From an uncultured Rickettsiales bacterium (lineage in GTDB: Bacteria > Pseudomonadota > Alphaproteobacteria > Rickettsiales > JABCZZ01): 64,000 nt of DNA. Below the pieces are notes generated by a model, which did no database searches, had not been told where the DNA came from, and saw nothing but the letters and a program-made list of their open reading frames with translations. Position 1 is the first letter of the stretch, and each line of letters starts with the position of its first letter. Location: contig CAYVTI010000009.1 in NCBI GenBank assembly GCA_964454545.1, positions 2,830-66,829 of the forward strand, read 5' to 3'. This document shows positions 28,725-35,682 of this stretch, in pieces. Made by a program: the position numbers and the translations under genes.

Positions 28725-30384
28725 AAAGGCGCAATTCCTCATCCTTTGCATCCAGCACGCGCGAGCCTTTCCAGACCAGTTTCCAGCCGGAAAAAGAATC
28801 GGCTGGCTCATGCCTGCCTGTTACTGTAAACAGCAGCGGGCAATCTGCATCGGTATAGTCTCTTACCATGTTCAGCACATGATTCGCACTGAAATATTCA
28901 TACATCGGAGCTATGCTCTCGCCCAGGTTATACGTATTCATACAGCCCCTCCTGTAAAGAGACATCTCTCTATATTGCTGCATCTGCGTAAGAACAGGGC
29001 GGTAGCTTTTTGTTTCATCCGTCCACGGCAACAACAGAGTGTTTACGGTAATCCATAATGTGGCTACGCCGCAAAGCCATAGGGCCGCCGTATTGAATTT
29101 CGAGCTACCCTTCAGGCGCATATAATAGAAGAAAAACATCGTTGCATAAACAGCCGCTATTGTTGCCAGCCATTGGTTATAATCCGGCTGGAAACCGTAA
29201 GGAAACACATCATACACGTAAGGAAGAGAATAATTCTTTTTCAGGCTTGCCCATATGATCCATACCAGAGCGACGGGCAGGATAAAGCAGGAACGCACCA
29301 CCCCATTCCATATACGGAGAATCCTGTCCGGAATATTTTTAAGCCCGGCAGCGGCCAGAATGGATAGCATGGGCACAAACGGCAGAATATATAAGGCCCT
29401 GGCGGATGCCGATATGGAAAGAAACAGGAATCCGGCAGCCGGTACCGCAAAAGGCACCAGATATTCGGGCTCCCGCCACTGATGCCTTTCTTTTACCGCC
29501 GCATATAAGGCCAGCGGAAACACCGGGAATGCAAACCAGAGGGAAGAATACCATATATACAAAGGTTCATTGTCCGCCCCTAGTTTTGGCACAGAAAATC
29601 CAAGAAAGCGTCCTACATTATTATCCCAGAACCATTGCATGAAAAGCGCATGGGAATCATGCCATAACAGCAGCGGCCAAATGCCTATGAACGGCAATGC
29701 CGCAACCGCACCGAACAAAAGCGCTTTTACGGTATTAGGCGTACGAAGCATGGGCAACAGCGCTAATAAACAAGCGCCGCTGATTGCTAATATGATAGGA
29801 ATGAATAACCCTTTCGAGAGAAAAGCGATGCCCATGCCTATGCCCAGCCATAGCCCGGCATGCTTCCATTTTTCATTCCTGAATGCAAGCAATGCCATTC
29901 CGTAGAATGCAATCGCAGTCCCGGCCAGCAACGCGACATCTGTAAACATATCATGGATATGGCGTACGATGCCCAGCGTGCCCAGGAAAAGCAGGACAGG
30001 CGTTAAAATATATTCCCGCCCCTTGTCATGGTTAATAATGCAATTCGTTTTCCAGATGAAAATAATGGCGATAACCGCATAAAATACGCTTGCAAGGCGT
30101 GCGGCATCGGGAAGTCCAAACTGTGCGCCCAGCAGTTTGCAGAATATAACCGCTGTCCAGTAGTAAAGCGGCGGCTTTTCCATAAAAGGCACTCCCGCAT
30201 TTATGGGAACAAGCCAGTTACCTGTTGTATGGAAATGATAAATGATGCCGAAACTATAGGTTTCATCCTGTTTCCAGGGATCATGGCCGATGCTTCCGGC
30301 CAAGAGAAAGAAAAATATAAATATTATCCAGCTCCATTCTGCTTTTTTGCTATAAACTGCTAAAATATATTTATAAATTTTCAT
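28711..30384 (-). CDS. ArnT/PMT-like (GT39/GT83-type) membrane glycosyltransferase
   Basis: 557 aa polytopic membrane protein. N-terminal DPWKQDETYSFGI and EKPPLYYW motifs are typical of undecaprenyl-phosphate-sugar dependent lipid A or protein glycosyltransferases. Confidence 0.75.
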   Translation of the reverse strand: MKIYKYILAVYSKKAEWSWIIFIFFFLLAGSIGHDPWKQDETYSFGIIYHFHTTGNWLVPINAGVPFMEKPPLYYWTAVIFCKLLGAQFGLPDAARLASVFYAVIAIIFIWKTNCIINHDKGREYILTPVLLFLGTLGIVRHIHDMFTDVALLAGTAIAFYGMALLAFRNEKWKHAGLWLGIGMGIAFLSKGLFIPIILAISGACLLALLPMLRTPNTVKALLFGAVAALPFIGIWPLLLWHDSHALFMQWFWDNNVGRFLGFSVPKLGADNEPLYIWYSSLWFAFPVFPLALYAAVKERHQWREPEYLVPFAVPAAGFLFLSISASARALYILPFVPMLSILAAAGLKNIPDRILRIWNGVVRSCFILPVALVWIIWASLKKNYSLPYVYDVFPYGFQPDYNQWLATIAAVYATMFFFYYMRLKGSSKFNTAALWLCGVATLWITVNTLLLPWTDETKSYRPVLTQMQQYREMSLYRRGCMNTYNLGESIAPMYEYFSANHVLNMVRDYTDADCPLLFTVTGRHEPADSFSGWKLVWKGSRVLDAKDEELRLYARH

Positions 30385-30399
30385 AAAATTAGAGTCAAA

Positions 30400-30415
30400 T
30401 TAACCAATAATTAAC
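30400..30415. promoter_or_regulatory. CtrA-type box TTAA-N7-TTAAC
   Basis: TTAACCAATAATTAAC is an exact match to TTAA-N7-TTAAC. It lies in the AT-rich divergent region between the GT39-like gene and greA. Confidence 0.45.
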
Positions 30416-30451
30416 CAATTCTTATTAAAATTATTAATATAAGAGATGCAA

Positions 30452-30467
30452 TTAACTAACAATTAAC
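30452..30467. promoter_or_regulatory. CtrA-type box TTAA-N7-TTAAC
   Basis: TTAACTAACAATTAAC is a second exact match, 52 nt from the first. Confidence 0.45.
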
Positions 30468-30614
30468 AGAAGAGGAAATGGTATTCCAAGGGTAAATCAA
30501 GAAGTAACTATAGGCAGGTGTCAAGAGATATCATTCAGAGTCGCTTGACAATATTTCACTTAAATATACTGTCATTTGCTACGTTAATTCATTCATTATT
30601 TCTTGTATTTGTTT

Positions 30615-31088
30615 ATGGATAAATTTCCCATTACCGCCAAAGGCTTTGCAATGATGGAAGTAGAGCTGAAAAATTTAAAGAACGTGGAACGCGCCGCAGT
30701 CATAAAGGCGATAGCGGAAGCGCGTGAGCATGGTGATTTGAAAGAAAACGCCGAATACCACGCTGCACGCGAAAGACAGAGTTTCATCGAAGGACGTATC
30801 CTGGAGCTGGAAGGAAGAATTTCCTGCGCAGAAGTGATCGACGTTACCAAGCTGGGAGGCAACATAGTCAAATTCGGGGCAACCGTAGTGCTTATCGACG
30901 AAGATACGGAAGAAGAGGTGAGCTATCGGATAGTCGGCGATTATGAAGCGGATATAAAGAAAGGGTTGTTGTCTTTCACCGCTCCCATCTCGCGAGCGTT
31001 GATCGGCAAGAAAAAGGGCGACTCGGTTGAAGTCACGACGCCCAAGGGCAGCAAAAGTTATGAGATTGTTGAAGTGTTATTCAAATAG
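30615..31088 (+). CDS. greA: transcription elongation factor GreA
   Basis: MDKFPITAKGFAMMEVELKNLK...EAREHGDLKENAEYHAAR. The ORF opens at 30603, and the Met at 30615 matches the usual GreA N-terminus. Confidence 0.95.
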   Translation: MDKFPITAKGFAMMEVELKNLKNVERAAVIKAIAEAREHGDLKENAEYHAARERQSFIEGRILELEGRISCAEVIDVTKLGGNIVKFGATVVLIDEDTEEEVSYRIVGDYEADIKKGLLSFTAPISRALIGKKKGDSVEVTTPKGSKSYEIVEVLFK

Positions 31089-31110
31089 ATAAAGCATCAT
31101 AAGGCCGGAT

Positions 31111-32223
31111 ATGGTTATCCAACTGTCAGACGTCCAGAGACTCGCAAATGACCCTTCGGTCAATGTCAGGGTGGATGTTGCTGAAAAAATCGCTTCCGGC
31201 TTTAATAAGGGCGATTTTGGGGCCACTGAGAAACAAATCGCCATGGAAATTTTCCGCATCCTGGTAAATGACGTGGAGAAACGTGTCCGCCTGGCGCTCA
31301 GCATGCAGCTGGAAAAGAGCATGGAAGCGCCGTATGACGTCATCCTCAAGCTAGCTAATGACGTCAAGGAAGTCGCGCTGCCGGTGCTTAAAAATTCTTT
31401 TGTGCTGACCGAAAATGATCTCATAGAGATAACCAGGAAATCGGTCGACGTTGAAATCATGTCAGCCATTGCGAAACGTGAAATCGTTTCCCGCGAACTC
31501 TCATCTGAATTGCTGAAAAAATCCAATAATACCGTAACTCAGGTATTGCTTGGCAACCGGAGCGCCAATATTGATGAAATCGACCTTTATGATGTTTATG
31601 AGAAATGCGCGAATAATTCCTCCATTATGGAGGTCATGGCGAAACGCGATAAAATTCCTGTGAAACTGGCGGAAAAAATTTTTGTAGTCGTATCCGACGA
31701 AGTGAAGAAGATTCTGGTCAAGCAGTATAATATTTCCTACCAGGTGGCAAGCGACTCAGCCCAGTATGCCCGCGAACTTGCGACTCTCGGCCTCGTAGAC
31801 GGTGAAATGCATAAAATGGAAATGAACGATCTGGTGGATCACCTCAACAGTAACGGAAGACTTACCCTATCCCTTATCATCCGCTCGCTGTGTTTCGGAA
31901 ACATCCGCTTCTTCGAATACGCCATGGCGAAACTCGCCGGCGTGCCGATAAATAATGCGCGCATACTGATACTGGATCGCCAAAACGGATTTGAATCGCT
32001 TTACAGAAAAACCGCGCTGCCGATGGAGATGTTTACGGCAATCCGTTACCTGCTGCAAACCGTCCTTGACGAAACCGCGCTGGGACGTTATTCGCGCAAT
32101 GATTTCAGGAGCCGCCTGGCGGCACGGATATCTAAGGATAACACAGCCAGCAAGATAGAATATATGGATTATATTATAATGATCATTCAAAATAACATGG
32201 TGGACAATGCTGCAGCAGGCTAA
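31111..32223 (+). CDS. DUF2336 domain protein (HEAT-like repeats), paralog 1
   Basis: 370 aa. Repeated DVR..VA.K and LANDVKEVALPVLKNSFVLTENDLIEI blocks are characteristic of the alphaproteobacterial DUF2336 family (assigned from memory). Confidence 0.7.
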   Translation: MVIQLSDVQRLANDPSVNVRVDVAEKIASGFNKGDFGATEKQIAMEIFRILVNDVEKRVRLALSMQLEKSMEAPYDVILKLANDVKEVALPVLKNSFVLTENDLIEITRKSVDVEIMSAIAKREIVSRELSSELLKKSNNTVTQVLLGNRSANIDEIDLYDVYEKCANNSSIMEVMAKRDKIPVKLAEKIFVVVSDEVKKILVKQYNISYQVASDSAQYARELATLGLVDGEMHKMEMNDLVDHLNSNGRLTLSLIIRSLCFGNIRFFEYAMAKLAGVPINNARILILDRQNGFESLYRKTALPMEMFTAIRYLLQTVLDETALGRYSRNDFRSRLAARISKDNTASKIEYMDYIIMIIQNNMVDNAAAG

Positions 32224-32239
32224 AATATCAGGAGCAAAC

Positions 32240-33349
32240 ATGCAGAACGCCAGTATACTCAGCGAGCAGGATATAGAACGCCTGCTTACCGAGAACACCG
32301 CTGACGTACGGATTGACGTCATTAACCGAATCGCGGAAGCTCATCTCAACCGTAAGTACAGCCTGCAGGATTTCGTCGTAGCCGAACAGGTGATGCGCAT
32401 ACTGGTGAAAGATACGGAAATAAGCGTGCGTGCGGCTCTCGCCGCCCGGCTTAAGGACAATCCTTACATTCCAAGCGACATTATCCTTTCACTGGCTAAC
32501 GACGTAGACAAAGTCGCAATGCCCATACTGGAAAATTCGCCCGTATTGTCCGATCACGATCTTCTTGCCATCGTGAACAGTTGCAAGAACATACATAAAC
32601 AGGCAGCCATAGCAGGCAGGAAGCAGATATCCAGGGAAGTTTCCGAAGCGCTGGTTGCAACCCGCAGTTCGGAAGTCATATCGAAGCTCGCAAAGAATCA
32701 CGGCGCAGATATCGCTCCTGAAACCTACGGTAAGATTATAAGCGAATACGGTACCGATCGGGAGATCATGAAAGCTGTTTCCGAGAGGCCGAATTTGCCG
32801 CCTACCATCGTCGAGAAGGTTATTACTCTGGTTTCCGAATCACTGGCCAACAACCTGCGCACAAAATATGACATCTCTCCAACGATTATTTCCGCTGAAG
32901 CTGAAAAGACCCGGGAGCTCAGCACACTGATGCTGGTGGACGGCGATGTCAGCAGGCATGAGATTGAAAAATTGGTGGAGCAGCTGCACACTTTTGGAAG
33001 GCTCACACCTTCGATCATCCTGACCTCGCTCTGTCGCGGCAACCTGCATTTCTTTGAATCAAGCCTGGCCATTTTATCCAACATCCCGTTTCAGAACGCG
33101 CAGACCCTCATTCATGATAAAGGCGGGCTTGGTTTTAAAGCGCTGTACAGTAAAGCTGGGCTGCCGGATAAATTCTTCATGGCCTGTAAGGCATTGCTTG
33201 AAGTGGTAGCCGATACGAAACGCGGCAATCCTTCCCTGAGGGGCATTCCTTACGTCAATGAAGTCATTCACGGACTTCTTTCCAGAAGCGCCGGGAAAAA
33301 TATCCCGAATCTTTCCTATATCGTTGCTCTCATAAGACAGGCATCGTGA
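32240..33349 (+). CDS. DUF2336 domain protein, paralog 2
   Basis: Collinear with paralog 1 (LANDVDKVAMPILENSPVLSDHDLLAIV; SLCRGNLHFFESSLA vs SLCFGNIRFFEYAMA). ATG at 32240 is preceded by AGGAG. The ORF opens at 32207. Confidence 0.7.
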   Translation: MQNASILSEQDIERLLTENTADVRIDVINRIAEAHLNRKYSLQDFVVAEQVMRILVKDTEISVRAALAARLKDNPYIPSDIILSLANDVDKVAMPILENSPVLSDHDLLAIVNSCKNIHKQAAIAGRKQISREVSEALVATRSSEVISKLAKNHGADIAPETYGKIISEYGTDREIMKAVSERPNLPPTIVEKVITLVSESLANNLRTKYDISPTIISAEAEKTRELSTLMLVDGDVSRHEIEKLVEQLHTFGRLTPSIILTSLCRGNLHFFESSLAILSNIPFQNAQTLIHDKGGLGFKALYSKAGLPDKFFMACKALLEVVADTKRGNPSLRGIPYVNEVIHGLLSRSAGKNIPNLSYIVALIRQAS

Positions 33350-33393
33350 AGGATGTTGCCGAACGCATTCACAGAAGATATAAAGCCACCAGC

Positions 33394-33467
33394 GCGGGTG
33401 TAGTTCAATGGTAGAACGGCAGCTTCCCAAGCTGCATACGAGGGTTCGATTCCCTTCACCCGCTCCA
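33394..33467 (+). tRNA. tRNA-Gly (anticodon CCC)
   Basis: Hand-folded cloverleaf. Acceptor GCGGGTG/CACCCGC, D-stem GTTC/GAAC, anticodon stem GCAGC/GCTGC with loop TTCCCAA, T-arm GAGGG-TTCGATT-CCCTT, encoded CCA. Confidence 0.95.
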
Positions 33468-33556
33468 ATTTCTTGACAAGGGACACAATCTCAGTACCTT
33501 ATTGATATTATTGCTTTTCCAATCCACGTAGTAGTACGGAAAGGTGGTACAGATCA

Positions 33557-33963
33557 ATGAGGCGGCAAATGTATCTCAAGCGCGATCCCAACACCGGAAT
33601 TTACAAATACAGGCGTGAGTACCCGAAGAACGTAAAGAAGGTTCTTGGTAAAACGAATTTTATCCGCTTCCTGCATACCACGAATATAAACATTGCGAAT
33701 AAAGCATGTAGTGAGGCAGAAAAGCGTTTGATGATATAGTCAAGAATATCAGCGATGCTGCCGACAGGCCTGTAATCAATACCGTGTTTTATGAAGCTCC
33801 TCGCCTCATCTCCGCCGCAGTTGCAGAGAATGACACTGCATCTATTATGCGGTTGGTAAAGGCCAATGTTTCCGTACCGGCCAACACCAGCAGCGCGACG
33901 AGAACAGAAGGCCAGATTGGGCTACAGGAAGCATATGAACGCTGGGTAAAAGATACTGAATAA
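33557..33963 (+). pseudogene. tyrosine integrase N-terminal remnant (frameshifted, catalytic domain missing)
   Basis: The frame from 33557 gives MRRQMYLKRDPNTGIYKYRREYPKNVKKVLGKTNFIRFLHTTNINIANKA (integrase N-terminal arm-type pattern) and stops at 33737-33739. Another frame continues AFDDIVKNISDAADRPV...LQEAYERWVKDTE* to 33963. No R..HxxR..Y domain follows. Confidence 0.6.
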
Positions 33964-34065
33964 AATACAAACACTTATGAGATAAAAATGCAAACCTAAC
34001 CACTCTTCTGCAAACGTTTGCAGATTGCGCATTACTTGAAAACTACAACATTATAGAGATAAATT

Positions 34066-34470
34066 TCATGGAGCAAAATTATAATTGACGGAGAAAGCAC
34101 CGAAAGAATTGGCCTTTACATTAACCGCAGATATTTTGGGAAGCGTAATAACGACTTTATTTTGTTCTTCCATAGAAACAGATAGATTTACTTCTGCCCC
34201 ACTTAAAAGAGTGACCTGTTCTCCGGTTGCTTGATTCAAGGCAATTACCTCTGCACTACTCCCTCCCAAAGCGCCAGTGCTATTGCTTCGAGTTACTTTG
34301 TTTTCAATAACCCAACTGGATTGAGGCACACTAAAACTACTGGCAACCTCAGTGTAGCTGTCAAGGTGATCACGAATGATTATAAAAGACCAGAATGCAA
34401 AAAGCGTTAAAGTGATAGTACCAAATATTATGATAAAATAGCGTATTGTTTTTTTCAGTATCCTATACAC
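34066..34470 (-). CDS. small membrane-anchored protein (possible immunity or partner protein of the upstream toxin-like gene)
   Basis: 134 aa. One N-terminal TM helix (YFIIIFGTITLTLFAFWSFIII). Starts 2 nt after the stop of the 316-aa gene. Confidence 0.5.
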   Translation of the reverse strand: MYRILKKTIRYFIIIFGTITLTLFAFWSFIIIRDHLDSYTEVASSFSVPQSSWVIENKVTRSNSTGALGGSSAEVIALNQATGEQVTLLSGAEVNLSVSMEEQNKVVITLPKISAVNVKANSFGAFSVNYNFAP

Positions 34471-34472
34471 AG

Positions 34473-35423
34473 CTATTTTCCTGAAGCCTTTATTTTACCG
34501 GATTTATAGGCGTTATATCCGGCTTGTATAAAATAGTCGTTTTGGGGATTACTGAACCATTGACCTGATCTATCGCCGCCCCCGTTAATATTTTCTACCG
34601 CAGCACCTGCCAATGCCTCATTATATGTGTAGCCTGCCGCAGCCGCCACTACACCATAATTGAAGTTACCAAACGGTATATATGCCTGTGTGACAAGCCC
34701 GTCCGCGCCATTCTGCCTTTGATAATCCATTGCGCCGCCACGTTCAAAATAGTTAATCATCATTTCTTCACGTGTAACATTATCAAGTGTCGGAATGCTT
34801 GGCAAGGTAGCCATCCATTCTCCAAGCTGCGCGTTGTTTTCCAGGCTTACTCCGGCAGGCATCAGTAGATTACCGCCAGTATAAGGATTGATTACATTAG
34901 AGCCGTCACTTAAAGTCACTACCGCAGGATCATACGCAATATTCCTGCCTTTGTATTCCAGATCAGCTTGTCCTGTAAAAACATTGCGATCTGAGGAACT
35001 ACCGCTTCCGCCGCCCCCGCTTGTCCACTGACCGCCATCAGGACTGCCAGCCGGAACGCGAGGTTGATCGGAAGAGTATTTCTGAAACGGATAAGGCTGC
35101 GGCGAAGCTAGCGCCAGATTCATTTTTACCTGCGCCAGCGCCGGAATATGGTTCATATCATGCGGGGTGCGGTCATCCCAATCGGAATCCTTCACCTTTG
35201 CCATTAATTCTCCGGCACGGTTGATATAGCGCAGGGATTGAGAGGAAAAGCTGTTGCCGCAGAATTTGGAAAGCGTATTTTCGCTTATGCTGAATGTGCC
35301 GTCCAGCTTTCGTTTAGCAAGCAGGTTGCCGTTTGCAATGAGACCTTCGGAAGTAACGTCAAAACGGGGAAAGGGAAAATGCTGCATTGTATACCGATCA
35401 TCTGAATGATTAACAGGTATCAA
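34473..35423 (-). CDS. polymorphic-toxin-like protein (putative Ntox44-like C-terminal module)
   Basis: 316 aa. Central linker QPRVPAGSPDGGQWTSGGGGSGSS. C-terminal MDYQRQ...YIPFGNFNYGVVAAAAGYTYNEALAGAA resembles the DYK...FGNxNYGatGaA.G...AG pattern I recall for polymorphic toxin type 44 domains. Not verified. Confidence 0.5.
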   Translation of the reverse strand: MIPVNHSDDRYTMQHFPFPRFDVTSEGLIANGNLLAKRKLDGTFSISENTLSKFCGNSFSSQSLRYINRAGELMAKVKDSDWDDRTPHDMNHIPALAQVKMNLALASPQPYPFQKYSSDQPRVPAGSPDGGQWTSGGGGSGSSSDRNVFTGQADLEYKGRNIAYDPAVVTLSDGSNVINPYTGGNLLMPAGVSLENNAQLGEWMATLPSIPTLDNVTREEMMINYFERGGAMDYQRQNGADGLVTQAYIPFGNFNYGVVAAAAGYTYNEALAGAAVENINGGGDRSGQWFSNPQNDYFIQAGYNAYKSGKIKASGK

Positions 35424-35560
35424 TAATGGTTGATCGAAAGCGGAATTTTGTCAAGGGACTATTCCCAGGAAATGGCATTAAATTGAAAGGTTTACAACTT
35501 ATTCTAAGCTCAGGCCTCATTAATTAGATCCGGTAAACTTCCGGCTATGTCGGAAGACTG

Positions 35561-35676
35561 CTAAGTGTTTGACGTATTCTTGGTTAAGCGAAGCACATTG
35601 CGGGATCTGGCCATACCGCAAGGCTGGATGCAGCAAGCTGCGGGGGATGCAACCCGAAGAGAGTCAATCCAGAACC
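35561..35676 (+). repeat. 116-nt intergenic element, copy A
   Basis: Shares ordered blocks with 61289-61404: CTAAGTG, TAAGCGAAGC(a/g)CATTGCGGG, TCT, ATGCAACCCG(a/g)AGA, TCAAT, AACC. Same orientation and same overall length by hand count. Confidence 0.6.
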
Positions 35677-35682
35677 AGCCTC

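Noticed and set aside
28711-28811. Apparent 100-nt overlap between xerD and the ArnT-like gene
   Set aside because: It is resolved by using the internal Met (MPDISDITLIESF) at 28724 as the xerD start, which matches the usual XerD N-terminus and length. It is not a real overlap or a programmed event.
30385-30602. AT-rich spacer with CtrA boxes considered as a replication origin
   Set aside because: I saw no DnaA-box-like TTATCCACA/TGTGGATAA motifs in the spacer, and the flanking genes (ArnT-like, greA) are not typical origin neighbours. It is kept only as a candidate regulatory region.
33789-33974. 61-aa minus-strand ORF in the island left end
   Set aside because: It lies antisense to the second frame of the integrase remnant and has no motifs.
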